Source: a virus (Duplodnaviria; Heunggongvirae; Uroviricota; Caudoviricetes). Taken from it: a DNA stretch of 64,000 nt. Made by a program: the position numbers and the translations under genes. Position 1 is the first letter of the stretch. The number at the start of each line of letters is the position of its first letter. Under the pieces are notes generated by a model, which was given only the letters and a program-made list of their open reading frames with translations, was not told where the DNA came from and made no database searches. Below, piece by piece: positions 1 through 10,136 of this stretch. The DNA is taken from IMG/VR virus record IMGVR_UViG_3300046786_000604, positions 12,364 through 76,363 of that record; one strand, 5' to 3'.

Positions 1-99
1 TAACACAGCAAAATTTTTAATAGTGTAGGTATCACCAACAGATGCTGATGATATGTTTATAGATACAACTGAAACCGGGCCTATTGATATAAATGCCAT
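1..99 (-). CDS. partial CDS (N-terminus only, continues past window start); hypothetical, tail-fibre module
   Basis: ATG at 99..97 preceded by AAAGG RBS; reads MAFISIGPVSVVSINISSASVGDTYTIKNFAVL... and runs off the window. Confidence 0.3.
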   Translation of the reverse strand, partial: MAFISIGPVSVVSINISSASVGDTYTIKNFAVL

Positions 100-101
100 A
101 A

Positions 102-2576
102 TTATGCCTTTAACAATAATCTACCGGTATTACCACCAGTTACATTATTCATTTGAAATAAATCTTTAGTATAATAAATTCTATTATCAGTTGAACTAAT
201 CCATAATGTTGATATTATACTTTGCCCATTTGTTGACATCCCGGCTGACCACCCAGCTGGTATCTGAGTGCAGTTTGAATTTCGTGTAGCATCTTCAAGG
301 CCGCTGGTCGAGTATGTATTTCCCGCTGGTGATACTGAAGAATTGACAGCATCACTAGCAGGTAATGAAAGTACCACTCTTGAAATGTATCCAATAGTGG
401 TACCTGGTTTTTTTGAACTTATATTAAGCATTCCCCTATATGGAATTAATGATAGATCTCCTCGGAATGATGTATCACCACTATACATGTATGAATATGT
501 ATAAGCGGTGGATGCACTTAAACTAACCTGAAAAAGATTATCGGTTCCTGCGTTACGTATTGTATTAACTGGTATTGAAAACCCAGAACCTGAACCGCCT
601 AACTGAGTATTAGGTACAGTGAATACAGTTGTAGAAGTCGAGCCAATCCCACCTCTTAACAATCCCACCGCAGTAACAATCCCACCAGTAACCGTAATAT
701 TCACAACCGGAAAGGTTGAGGGTGCTGGACCTGAACTTAATGTTAAAGTAACTCCAGTATATGTACCTGATACATACCCGGATCCACCTGTTATTGTACC
801 AAATGTTGCAATTACCCCGGCAGCACCTAATGTTGATGGCGCAATTTCTTGTATATATCCATTTGTAGGAGATGGATATCCAGTCATAATATAAAATAAT
901 CTACCACTTGTATAATCCATATACATACCAGGAACATAATAATATGCATTGCTACCAAATGATTTCAATAATACATTTAGAAGTTGTGTTCCAGTTGATG
1001 AAGTAAAACTTGCTATGCGAAATGATTGAGTAGTGGTGGTGGATGTACCAGCAGTATTGAATACAAAACATGAACCTTTATAATCGGGAACTGGTGTACC
1101 AAATCCAGTTGCAAGATAAGTAGCGGTCCCAGATGTAAACGTACTAACTAACGCAAAGCCAGTTCCTGTACTACCATCACTAGTTGACCATCTACTAACA
1201 ACATAACAATTTGGGGTCGTTGATGAAGTTCTAGATACAGCATAGACATACAGTTGATCTATAGATAAATATGATGACCCGTTGGTTAGTGTTACTGTTC
1301 CAGTATTAAATGTTTCAGTATCTATCCTGACCAGCCCTGTACTGGTAGAGCCATATATAGTTCTTAATCCATCAAAAACTAAATCATAAACACCTTCGGC
1401 ATTGGAATATCTTAATGTTGTAGCAGCACCGGCTGCAGTGTTGGTAGTATCATAAGTTCTAATACCATCACCTGCAGCGATCCATGCTGTTATACCAATA
1501 AGAATAGGTTTATATAGTTGAGCGGTAGATGTGCCATATCCTAATTGAGTAGGTCTGCCAGAAAGATTTAGATTATAAGCACCAGTCGTTACTGTTGTAT
1601 TGTCTGGCCCACCAGACATTCCTAGAATCAAATAATCAGTATTGGTACCATTTCCATCAGGCCATCCCCCTGTACTAGACCCTGGAACAGTAGTTGTATC
1701 TAATCCTGAACCAAGTGGTTTTGATACGCCCCAATTAAATGCCCTTCCAAATGGCATACTTTTAGTAATAGCATCGGCAGATAACGGTGATACTGTTGTT
1801 TTTGTTGAATCCCACCCGTATGTCATATTATAATATGAACCTAGATGTAATGCATTATTATTTGCATCAGTAAATGTACCGAGTCCGCCTTGTGGGTAGG
1901 TAGGTGGAAACATTCCTCTATTAGTAACCGGTGCGTACACATTTGCTGCCGCTGCACCAGTATTTCCATCAGCAGTTCTTGGAAATGCAAACATCGTTGT
2001 ACTTTTAGTTGTTAACACACCATAACCATATGGTGTACCAATCATTAATGAATTAGTCCATGCAAAACATGGAACACCGGTGTTATCTTCAGCAACTACC
2101 CGTTCAAATTCCATTATTGCACTCCACATACCGGATGTACTCCTAATCCAAGGCCATATCATAAAATGATATCGCGATGCAGAGACTAGAATGTAACAAT
2201 CTTTTAAATCATACCCATGTGGAAATAATCCAGTTGAATTCCATGTTTCATTTACTGGAGTGTGTGTTGCAAGAGTCCATCCTTCTGCTGCAGAAGTATA
2301 AAACATTGTTTTAACTGTATCCCATCTAATAATCAAGTATTTGTAATAAGTATTATCTGCACATAATGCTCTATAAACATACGTAGAAATTGGCGAATAT
2401 GTATTTGCAACACCATTTATTTGAGTTGACGCACCCGCTGCAATATAATCATATTGGGTCCAACCCAATGTTGTAATAGCGGTATCAACCGCTGAAATGA
2501 TATTAGCTGAAGTTGTTTCATTTGAAACAGTAATTTTTATACTATTAGTAGTATAACTTTCTGAAGAAACTGTCAT
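102..2576 (-). CDS. distal tail fibre / receptor-binding protein (824 aa)
   Basis: Long ORF very rich in G/S/T/Y/N, low-complexity beta-rich pattern typical of phage fibre tips; lies in a co-oriented cluster with fibre-motif proteins. Confidence 0.6.
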   Translation of the reverse strand: MTVSSESYTTNSIKITVSNETTSANIISAVDTAITTLGWTQYDYIAAGASTQINGVANTYSPISTYVYRALCADNTYYKYLIIRWDTVKTMFYTSAAEGWTLATHTPVNETWNSTGLFPHGYDLKDCYILVSASRYHFMIWPWIRSTSGMWSAIMEFERVVAEDNTGVPCFAWTNSLMIGTPYGYGVLTTKSTTMFAFPRTADGNTGAAAANVYAPVTNRGMFPPTYPQGGLGTFTDANNNALHLGSYYNMTYGWDSTKTTVSPLSADAITKSMPFGRAFNWGVSKPLGSGLDTTTVPGSSTGGWPDGNGTNTDYLILGMSGGPDNTTVTTGAYNLNLSGRPTQLGYGTSTAQLYKPILIGITAWIAAGDGIRTYDTTNTAAGAATTLRYSNAEGVYDLVFDGLRTIYGSTSTGLVRIDTETFNTGTVTLTNGSSYLSIDQLYVYAVSRTSSTTPNCYVVSRWSTSDGSTGTGFALVSTFTSGTATYLATGFGTPVPDYKGSCFVFNTAGTSTTTTQSFRIASFTSSTGTQLLNVLLKSFGSNAYYYVPGMYMDYTSGRLFYIMTGYPSPTNGYIQEIAPSTLGAAGVIATFGTITGGSGYVSGTYTGVTLTLSSGPAPSTFPVVNITVTGGIVTAVGLLRGGIGSTSTTVFTVPNTQLGGSGSGFSIPVNTIRNAGTDNLFQVSLSASTAYTYSYMYSGDTSFRGDLSLIPYRGMLNISSKKPGTTIGYISRVVLSLPASDAVNSSVSPAGNTYSTSGLEDATRNSNCTQIPAGWSAGMSTNGQSIISTLWISSTDNRIYYTKDLFQMNNVTGGNTGRLLLKA

Positions 2577-2579
2577 AGT

Positions 2580-3056
2580 TTAATTCCTTGTATAAGTAAA
2601 TGATAAAATAGCATCAAATGTATAATTTGTAGCAGTAACGTCTACTGTAATATAATCTGTTGTTAAAACTGTTGTATTTAAGGTAGATATTGATGAAATA
2701 TATTGTCCTGCTGTTAATGATACTGTAGCAATAGTAGAACCTGAATTTTTAATTACTAATGTTAATGGTCCACCAGATGGTGGAGTTCCAGCAGAAATAA
2801 AAACTGATGTAATATTTATAGATGTATCAGGATACCATCTTAAAGTTCCAGTTCCAATATTAACTGGACCAACAAAATTAAGTTGTTTTGTATAGATAGC
2901 GGAACTACCGCCTAATGATTTGATTTGATCTGATGTATTTTTAAAATACATTTTTTCATCGGCATAATTCAACGCGATCTCGCCATAATCTAAATCAGTA
3001 GCGAGTGGGATTTTGCCGATTACTGATGATTTTTTCAGTAATACTTTGTTTGCCAT
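2580..3056 (-). CDS. tail fibre protein (small)
   Basis: N-terminal motif GEIALNYADEKMYFKN (tail-fibre G-E-[IL]-A-x-N..D..[LM]Y signature); 4 nt from downstream fibre gene. Confidence 0.5.
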   Translation of the reverse strand: MANKVLLKKSSVIGKIPLATDLDYGEIALNYADEKMYFKNTSDQIKSLGGSSAIYTKQLNFVGPVNIGTGTLRWYPDTSINITSVFISAGTPPSGGPLTLVIKNSGSTIATVSLTAGQYISSISTLNTTVLTTDYITVDVTATNYTFDAILSFTYTRN

Positions 3057-3126
3057 TTTAAATCCTATAGAGGAAGGTTCTGCAAGAATGCAAGGATAGA
3101 ATAGAAATTCTACCCATTTTATCTAT

Positions 3127-4398
3127 TTAGTAGGTACCACCATCAATATCACCAACCGATAACACACCTGATGAATATAATAGCCCACTGCCAGCAATGG
3201 TTGATTTTAATTGTAATGCATCTGATGCAATTTCAATACCACCATCAGTTGCAACATTAACAATAAATGTTGAACCGGATAATGTCAACCCATCACCGCC
3301 TGAATACGCACCACCGCCATTGAATTGTACCCATTGCTGACCTGAAAAATTGGTCAAATAATGATTACCTTGTACCCAACCAGATTTACCATAATTGGTA
3401 CCTTCTAATATGAATATTGAAGCACCTTTTAATTCAGCGTAAGTATCTGCGTCAGCTGATCTAGATAATGTATAATTAGAACCATCATCGCTGTATAGAT
3501 ATACACCATTTTCTGATGCAGTTGATTGATTTTTTAATAAAATTCTATAACCATCGCCGTGTGCTTGAGTTAATGCACCATGACCATCAATAACCAACGT
3601 CCCAGTTGTTCCAGTTAATGCTACATTAGAATCTGCTAATAAATTAGCAGCATCTTTCCATGTTAACCCAGTAACTGCATTATCAACATAATCTTTATTA
3701 GCAGCATCGCTACCAACTTCGGGTGTACCAACATTAGTTATTTTCGCACCATTGACATCAACATTCCCTAACCCACTTGGGTCTAATGAAATATCGCCAT
3801 TTGTATTTGTGGATGAAATAATATTGCCATTGAAGTTTAAATTATCAATTGTTAGTTCGGTTAATCCAGCTAATGAAGTGGAGGTTGCGCCTAATGATAT
3901 AGATGTTGAGCCAATGGTTATTGAGCCACTAACTGGTATTGCAGCCCAAGATACAACACCAGATCCATTAGTGGTTAAAACATAATTAGCAGTACCATCT
4001 ACTCTAGGTAATGTATAAGCACCAGCAATAGAAACTTTTCCAGTACCATTAGGTGATAATAATAAATTTCCATTAGTATCAGTAGTGCTAATAGTGTTGC
4101 CATTTAATTCAATGTTATCAACTAATAAATCATCGATTTTTTTATTAGAATCTACAACAATAGCAGAAGATGCAGTTAATGTGCCAGCAGAGTGATCTAA
4201 TCTATCGGTAAAAAATTTACCACCGATAACAACATGGGTTGCGGCATTTCCACTAGTTTCTGAACCCATACCAATGTATAATCGGTCACCACCATTGCTA
4301 CCATTATCGGTTAATCCAGAATATGCTAATTCACCATTACCTAATGTTGATGGATTACCCGAAGTTTCTGAACGTTTTATTCTAATAATGTTACTCAT
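3127..4398 (-). CDS. tail fibre protein (423 aa)
   Basis: N-terminal GNGELAYSG..DRLYIGMG fibre motif; Gly/Asn/Thr-rich repetitive body. Confidence 0.55.
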   Translation of the reverse strand: MSNIIRIKRSETSGNPSTLGNGELAYSGLTDNGSNGGDRLYIGMGSETSGNAATHVVIGGKFFTDRLDHSAGTLTASSAIVVDSNKKIDDLLVDNIELNGNTISTTDTNGNLLLSPNGTGKVSIAGAYTLPRVDGTANYVLTTNGSGVVSWAAIPVSGSITIGSTSISLGATSTSLAGLTELTIDNLNFNGNIISSTNTNGDISLDPSGLGNVDVNGAKITNVGTPEVGSDAANKDYVDNAVTGLTWKDAANLLADSNVALTGTTGTLVIDGHGALTQAHGDGYRILLKNQSTASENGVYLYSDDGSNYTLSRSADADTYAELKGASIFILEGTNYGKSGWVQGNHYLTNFSGQQWVQFNGGGAYSGGDGLTLSGSTFIVNVATDGGIEIASDALQLKSTIAGSGLLYSSGVLSVGDIDGGTY

Positions 4399-4407
4399 TT
4401 AAATTCC

Positions 4408-4758
4408 TTAATAATGACCGCCATCTAAATTTTGATTGCTGCCAAGAGATAATAATATATTTGTATTGTCTGTCAATTGACTAATATCGGTAGGTGGTGC
4501 AACTGTGCTAATAACACCATTTGTTATTGTAATATTGTTTCCAATTTTAACACCACCTAGTCTAGATGCAGTTGCAATGGGTAAAGTATATGATCCAGAG
4601 CCAGAACCGGTAGATAATGGTATTCCACCTTTTGTTTCACCGTCCCCTAAACGTAAATCTCCCAGTTCTTGGTTATAAAAGATCATGCCATTATCACCGA
4701 TATAATCATCAGCGGTAACTGAGTTAACTCTACTTGATCGTATCTTTTGAATAGTCAT
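4408..4758 (-). CDS. tail fibre-associated small protein
   Basis: GDLRLGDGETKGG motif similar to neighbouring fibre N-termini; tight operon spacing. Confidence 0.45.
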   Translation of the reverse strand: MTIQKIRSSRVNSVTADDYIGDNGMIFYNQELGDLRLGDGETKGGIPLSTGSGSGSYTLPIATASRLGGVKIGNNITITNGVISTVAPPTDISQLTDNTNILLSLGSNQNLDGGHY

Positions 4759-4769
4759 TATTTAAATCC

Positions 4770-5060
4770 TTATAGCAATCTTAATAAATGTGCCAATTCA
4801 TCTTCATGCATTTGGATTACTTTGATTTCATCTTCATCGGATATTTCATGCTGAGTTAAATCATCAATTATATCACTTTCTTTACCATTAGCCGCTTTTT
4901 TCATTTCTAATTCTTGTTGTAATGGTGAAACAAATACTGGATTTTGATCTAATTCACTTGGATCGGTTTTATCCTGTGATGGCATATCAATCTCTGGATC
5001 ACCGTCCCCGTTTATTCTTATGTTAATTGGTACATTAATTGTAAATTCTTTAGCTCTCAT
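4770..5060 (-). CDS. hypothetical acidic protein in tail-fibre operon
   Basis: ORF with RBS; acidic; could be an assembly factor (inference). Confidence 0.4.
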   Translation of the reverse strand: MRAKEFTINVPINIRINGDGDPEIDMPSQDKTDPSELDQNPVFVSPLQQELEMKKAANGKESDIIDDLTQHEISDEDEIKVIQMHEDELAHLLRLL

Positions 5061-5095
5061 AATCTTATTTATCCATTATTGACATGTAGAATTTA

Positions 5096-6841
5096 CTAAT
5101 ATATTTCACGCCATTGCATACTAACTCCAACATTTGTTGATTGTGCACCTAAATTTGTGGCAACTACTAGAAATATCTCGGAATCCGTGCTATCAAAATT
5201 TTGTACTATATAATTTTTCTTTGCGGATGAAGGGATATTACTTGCTGGCGCTCCACCGGCTTTTTGACTACCTTGCGTTGATGCACCCACAAAACCACTA
5301 TCCATTTCTTGTCCATTTGACCATGCAGTAGCAGTAACATTATATTGAACACCAGAATCAGTATTAACATCTACCCAAGTGCTGCCAGTTAAACTAGATT
5401 GCGCTGGTAGTTTTATTAATCTCCACATAATGTTCCCACCATCACTGAATACGTTGAGATTACCCATACGAACGATCATTCTGTTTGAATAAGTATGAAA
5501 AGCATTTTTCAATCTAATAGCCATAACAGGTGCTGTTACACCAGCTGCTATTGTTTTCAAGGTTGACGTAATTGTAGACCAATCTTGACCTGCTTCAACA
5601 TATCCACCTTCACTGAATACTGTTGAACATATTTGATCCATAGATCCACCCGTAGTTGCACCAACATTTCTTATTTCACATCTAATTGGAAGATTTGGAT
5701 TACTCATGTAAACAGTTGGCAAATAATTGCTATGTAAGAATTCATGAACATAAACTACAATACCATCATGTGCAAATCCAACCCTAACTCTACCAACGCC
5801 CAGCCACTGGAAATCAATCGCTACTAATTGTGTATTAAGTATGTTCAACCATGGTACAGTGTCTAAATTCCATTGTGATTGAGTTTTTCTGACTTCAATG
5901 GGAGCGCCAGAAACAAAACTTCTTATAACCCATGATAAAGTCCCATCTCCTGCTTGTTCAAAGTAAATGCCATCGTTGTCATCGAAGTATCCAGTTCGTT
6001 TAACTACGTTCGGTGTAGCACCTCCAAAATTTATACTACTAAAAATCACTTGAGATTTACCAGGCATATAATGATGATAAAATTTTGTTTGATGGATAAT
6101 AAAACTAGATGGATTAGAAGTTGTAGATAATGTACAACATGCTTTATTTTTTACAAATTGAATAGCACCTCCATTCCCGGTATAGTCGATAAATGCAGGA
6201 TCGATACCATATAAGTGTTTATAATCACCTAAAGTAAAGGGCTCAGAAACACGTTGTCTACCAAACGCATCAATTGCGCCAAAACCCATTGAAACTGGAA
6301 TCGGATTTCCACTATCATTTTTTATTTCTACTTCTGGTAAACTACTAATTGAAACACTACCGTTTACTGGAATCGGATTTCCACTATCATTTTTTATTTC
6401 TACTTCTGGTAGACTACTAATTGAAACACTACCGTTTACTGGAATCGGATTTCCACTATCATTTTTTATTTCAACTTCTGGTAAACTACTAATTGAAACA
6501 CTACCATCCACTGTAATAGAACCACCATTATCACTAATTGCCCATGGGGTAGTACCTTGTTTAACAGTCCAATCACCATCTTGCTGAACTTTTCCTATTA
6601 CTGCAGAACTAGTTTTTAATGTTACTTGACCATTAGTGCCAATAGATACTGGTGCAGAATGATTTTCATCCAATACATTCCCTAATGAATCAATTTGAAC
6701 TCGCACTTTGTCAACAATAACATCACCTTGCAGTGATATTCCATCAACATGTGTGCGAACAACCGGTTCACCTGCGTCATTATATTGCATAGCTTTATGC
6801 AGATTTTTTAAATTATTATCATTTGGGTGTATATATGTCAT
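5096..6841 (-). CDS. virion structural protein with 3 x 24-aa tandem repeats (fibre/baseplate-associated?)
   Basis: 581-aa ORF; internal triple repeat SVSISSLPEVEIKNDSGNPIPVNG encoded by 3 x 72 bp; sits in the structural operon. Confidence 0.5.
   Translation of the reverse strand: MTYIHPNDNNLKNLHKAMQYNDAGEPVVRTHVDGISLQGDVIVDKVRVQIDSLGNVLDENHSAPVSIGTNGQVTLKTSSAVIGKVQQDGDWTVKQGTTPWAISDNGGSITVDGSVSISSLPEVEIKNDSGNPIPVNGSVSISSLPEVEIKNDSGNPIPVNGSVSISSLPEVEIKNDSGNPIPVSMGFGAIDAFGRQRVSEPFTLGDYKHLYGIDPAFIDYTGNGGAIQFVKNKACCTLSTTSNPSSFIIHQTKFYHHYMPGKSQVIFSSINFGGATPNVVKRTGYFDDNDGIYFEQAGDGTLSWVIRSFVSGAPIEVRKTQSQWNLDTVPWLNILNTQLVAIDFQWLGVGRVRVGFAHDGIVVYVHEFLHSNYLPTVYMSNPNLPIRCEIRNVGATTGGSMDQICSTVFSEGGYVEAGQDWSTITSTLKTIAAGVTAPVMAIRLKNAFHTYSNRMIVRMGNLNVFSDGGNIMWRLIKLPAQSSLTGSTWVDVNTDSGVQYNVTATAWSNGQEMDSGFVGASTQGSQKAGGAPASNIPSSAKKNYIVQNFDSTDSEIFLVVATNLGAQSTNVGVSMQWREIY
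6297..6512. repeat. 3 x 72-bp near-perfect tandem repeat inside CDS 5096..6841
   Basis: Unit ggaatcggatttccactatcattttttatttctacttctggtaaactactaattgaaacactaccgtttact repeated three times. Confidence 0.85.
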
Positions 6842-6842
6842 C

Positions 6843-7055
6843 TTAAACCTCTGGACCTAATTCCCATGGATGTCCTGTAGCTGGACTAACTGTTCCTGGG
6901 CTATTATAAACATTATATGGTCTATAACCAATTTTAGTAATATCAACTGGATCAGTATTAATAAGTTTTCCTTGACGTTTTAATTCAGCCAATTCTAATT
7001 TTAAATCTCTACGTTCGGATTTTGGGATATGTGTTGAAATACCATTTTCTGCCAT
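6843..7055 (-). CDS. hypothetical protein (first gene of minus-strand structural operon)
   Basis: 70-aa ORF; AAAGGA RBS; 1 nt upstream of the next gene. Confidence 0.4.
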   Translation of the reverse strand: MAENGISTHIPKSERRDLKLELAELKRQGKLINTDPVDITKIGYRPYNVYNSPGTVSPATGHPWELGPEV

Positions 7056-7092
7056 AATTTTTTTCCTTTTGTATATTTAGTTAAATATCGGT

Positions 7093-8289
7093 ATGATTAA
7101 CAAAGAACCATTCATCAAACTAATAGATAATTTAAAAGAAACTGGAAAGTATAGAGTTTTCAATGACATACTACGCGAACAAGGTAAATTCCCAAATGCA
7201 ATTTGGTATGGCCCATATGCAATCAAGAATATTGTCAATTGGTGTAGTAATGATTATCTTGGGATGGGGCAGCATAAAGTAGTATTAGATGCAATGAGGA
7301 CAGCATTAGATATGACAGGTGCTGGTTCTGGTGGTACTAGAAATATTTCAGGAACTAGCCATTATCATGTAGCATTAGAACATGAATTAGCATCATTGCA
7401 TAAAAAAGAAAAAGCACTATTGTTCTCATCTGCATATGTAGCAAATGAATGGAGTTTAATTGCATTAAGTAAGGTTATTCCAAATATCGAGTTTATTAGT
7501 GATAGCAAGAACCATAATAGTTTAATAGTTGGTATGAGCCATAGCAGAGCACCTAAACAAATATTCAAGCATAATGATTTAATTGAGTTAGAAAACTGTT
7601 TAAAACAGGCAGTTAAAAATGAAACCATTCCTTGCATTGTATTTGAAAGTGTATACAGTATGGAAGGTGATGAAAGTAATATCCAAGCAATATGCGATTT
7701 AGCAGACCAGTATAATGCCATAACATACATTGATGAAGTTCATGCAGTAGGATTATATGGTGAGCATGGTTCTGGTAAATTAGAAGAACTGGGATTACAA
7801 GATCGAGTAGATATCGTGAATGGTACACTTGGTAAAGCATTTGGTGTACAAGGTGGATATATTGCAGGTGATTCAATAGTCGTAGATGCAATAAGAAGTA
7901 TTGCTGCTGGTTTTATATTTTCAACATCTTTAAGTCCAGTGATATGTGCCGGTGCACTTGCTGCAGTTAAGTATTTGAAAGATCATAATGAGTTAAGAGA
8001 AAAACATCAAGAACGTGCTAGAAAATTAAAACATAGAATGGTAAAAGCTGGAATTCCTGTGATGGAGAGTACAACACATATTGTACCCGTTTTAATCGGT
8101 GATGCTAAACTTGCGAAAGAGATTAGTGATATTTTATTAAATGAATATAATATATATGCACAAGCAATTCAAAGTCCAACAGTCGAGGTAGGAGCAGAAC
8201 GATTAAGATTTGCTCCTACGCCATTGCATGACGATGGCATGATTGAAGATTTAATTCAAGCTTTATCAGCAATACTTAAATCTTCGTAA
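7093..8289 (+). CDS. hemA: 5-aminolevulinate synthase (alpha-oxoamine synthase family, PLP-dependent)
   Basis: [12 protein letters not shown] motif and [20 protein letters not shown]-lysine region closely match ALAS. C-terminal [14 protein letters not shown] matches ALAS rather than BioF/Kbl. Confidence 0.7.
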   Translation: MINKEPFIKLIDNLKETGKYRVFNDILREQGKFPNAIWYGPYAIKNIVNWCSNDYLGMGQHKVVLDAMRTALDMTGAGSGGTRNISGTSHYHVALEHELASLHKKEKALLFSSAYVANEWSLIALSKVIPNIEFISDSKNHNSLIVGMSHSRAPKQIFKHNDLIELENCLKQAVKNETIPCIVFESVYSMEGDESNIQAICDLADQYNAITYIDEVHAVGLYGEHGSGKLEELGLQDRVDIVNGTLGKAFGVQGGYIAGDSIVVDAIRSIAAGFIFSTSLSPVICAGALAAVKYLKDHNELREKHQERARKLKHRMVKAGIPVMESTTHIVPVLIGDAKLAKEISDILLNEYNIYAQAIQSPTVEVGAERLRFAPTPLHDDGMIEDLIQALSAILKSS

Positions 8290-8332
8290 ATAATCCCTTC
8301 TAATCCACAGCCGAATTTTGCTAATACATAGA

Positions 8333-8356
8333 AAAAAGCGGAAATCATTCCGCTTT
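8333..8356. terminator. bidirectional intrinsic terminator between convergent hemA-like and nuclease genes
   Basis: aaaaaagcggaa-atca-ttccgcttt: 8-bp GC stem flanked by an A-run on one side and T-rich sequence on the other; overlaps the nuclease stop codon. Confidence 0.4.
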
Positions 8357-9160
8357 ACCTTTACATTTAGCTTGTTTTGCTTTAGTTAATGCACCAAAGT
8401 CAACAGGCCATAATTGGTCAAGTGGTAATTCCGATGCATTAGCTGGATATGCAAATGTAATACCAGTCAATTGTTGGATTTGTGCAATTGGTGCTCTAAC
8501 TTTTGTTAAATCATTGCCTAATCCTGCTTGATGTGGAAAAATGAAACCAGCTACTTCATTAGTGGCGGTATCTATTACAATTTTAAAAAATGCATGTGGA
8601 ACAATTACATTGTTTACACCGATTGTTTTGTCTGATTGGGTATAAATCGGGCCAGCATAAATTACATAAGGATGATTTCGTTGAACAGTCCATCCTCGAA
8701 CACTAGTTTCAAGGAGCTTCCATGTTGATCTATTGAGTCCTGGTAATTGTGGGAACATATTGGTTAGTAAAAAACTTTCTTTTTCAAATTGATCGAAACT
8801 GCTCATATCAGCATTTGGTGCAACATGCCCGATATCATATCCTGACTTGGCATAATCTGCTAACTCTGCTCTACTGCCTTTTGGTAAACTTTGATCAGGT
8901 GCGAATCCATTAGAACGTGGTACACATCCTAATGCATATTCAGGATAAAGTGTGTAAGAAACCCACACTGGTAATTTAGCAGTTGTATCATTTAATGTAA
9001 CATAACCGGCACGACAAATTGCTACACCTTGTTTAGCAGTTTGTGGAAAGCCATATGGTGATTGAACTTGACATTTTTCAATTGGGTAAGGTGCATATTG
9101 TTCCCAAGCATGTACAGGAACTGTAAAAAATGCAGTGATTAAAAATAAAATATATTTCAT
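8345..9160 (-). CDS. secreted DNA/RNA non-specific endonuclease (NUC/Serratia-nuclease family)
   Basis: Signal peptide MKYILFLITAFFTVPVHA; catalytic-type motif GYDIGHVAPNADM (D-R-G-H family). Confidence 0.65.
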   Translation of the reverse strand: MKYILFLITAFFTVPVHAWEQYAPYPIEKCQVQSPYGFPQTAKQGVAICRAGYVTLNDTTAKLPVWVSYTLYPEYALGCVPRSNGFAPDQSLPKGSRAELADYAKSGYDIGHVAPNADMSSFDQFEKESFLLTNMFPQLPGLNRSTWKLLETSVRGWTVQRNHPYVIYAGPIYTQSDKTIGVNNVIVPHAFFKIVIDTATNEVAGFIFPHQAGLGNDLTKVRAPIAQIQQLTGITFAYPANASELPLDQLWPVDFGALTKAKQAKCKGKAE

Positions 9161-9193
9161 AGTAGTCCTTTAATTAAGTACTACTATTTAACT

Positions 9194-9600
9194 TTATTTA
9201 AACCAGCCCATCTTTTTTCCTAATGTATCACGTCTGTAATATTCTTGTAAACTACCTGGAAATCGCCAAGCCCAAATAGCAACTAGTAGCATAAAGCCAC
9301 CTGACCAGCAAGTAGCTTTGATGTTATAAGTAGTAAACCATAGAATAGCTAACGAACTAGCCATAACTAGTAACATCATATTTTGTTATCAATCCAATTA
9401 GTTAAGAATGGTCCAAAATGTTTATGATTATATAACCATTTATTCATTACAGGACTACCTTTACTAAAACAAATAGCAGCTCCTACGAGAAACGGGCTGA
9501 ATGGCAACCCAGGTAATATAATACCCAGGTATGCAATTCCTAACAATATAAATCCAGCTATTTTCCATAACCAATTTTTCATACGATAAATTCCAACCAT
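9194..9600 (-). pseudogene. YbaN/DUF454-family inner-membrane protein split by a frameshift (ORFs 9376..9600 and 9194..9379)
   Basis: GIILPGLPFSPFLVGAAICFSKGSP..FGPFLTNW matches YbaN N-half, and MMLLVMASSLAILW..WRFP matches the C-half in another frame. The break is at aaaatATGATG. Confidence 0.4.
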
Positions 9601-10091
9601 TCCTTATGTTTAACATTGAACTCAAATTTTTTACGTTTATTAACTAATTCGAAATAATCTGGTTTATATGGTTTAATGCGGGGTTTGTACCCATGTTGTT
9701 TATCGCCTTTAGCGGAATTACATGGACCACATGCAATAACGGTATTATCCCAAGAAGTTTTACCACCTTTAGACGATGGAACAACGTGATCTAATGTCGC
9801 GGTATTTTTAGTTAGTTTAGACCCACAATATTGACATTCTCCATTATCACGGATGAAAATACTAGAGCGACTAAATCTGACCGTTGCTTTTGGTTTCATA
9901 TATTCGCGTAGAATTAAAACTGATGGAACATTAGTTTCCCAGTTTGCGGAGCGGATAGTCCAATTATTGTGCCATAATACTACATCGGCTTTTTCAAGCA
10001 CAATGTATTTTATAGCATCTTGCCAATTTATAGTGCTAAGTGGTAAAACACTTACTGGCATTCCTGATGCGTTCAGCAGTAAGCAGTCCAT
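9579..10091 (-). CDS. HNH endonuclease
   Basis: CQYCGSKL...LDHVVPSSKGGKTSWDNTVIACGPCNSAKG (HNH/zinc-finger signature). Confidence 0.65.
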   Translation of the reverse strand: MDCLLLNASGMPVSVLPLSTINWQDAIKYIVLEKADVVLWHNNWTIRSANWETNVPSVLILREYMKPKATVRFSRSSIFIRDNGECQYCGSKLTKNTATLDHVVPSSKGGKTSWDNTVIACGPCNSAKGDKQHGYKPRIKPYKPDYFELVNKRKKFEFNVKHKEWLEFIV

Positions 10092-10136
10092 AATAATTTC
10101 TCTCTGTTAAATGTGTATTATATCACAATAAAGTGA

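Noticed and set aside
268-1833. Plus-strand ORFs 268..504, 619..894 and 1642..1833 inside the 824-aa fibre gene (and similar antisense ORFs throughout, e.g. 7365..7891, 11544..12299, 20173..21281, 41232..41879)
   Set aside because: They are fully nested antisense or alternate-frame ORFs within much longer, well-supported genes, and they have no RBS or coupling pattern.
6297-6512. Considered whether the 72-bp and 18-bp tandem repeats could be CRISPR arrays
   Set aside because: Units are directly adjacent with no unique spacers, are in frame within long ORFs, and there are no cas genes.
102-7055. T4-type late promoters (TATAAATA) upstream of the tail-fibre genes
   Set aside because: No exact TATAAATA motifs were found at the expected positions. 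Instead a recurrent (T)ATA(A/G)GGA(A)TTTAAA-ATG initiation region is present, so the late-promoter consensus of this phage may differ.
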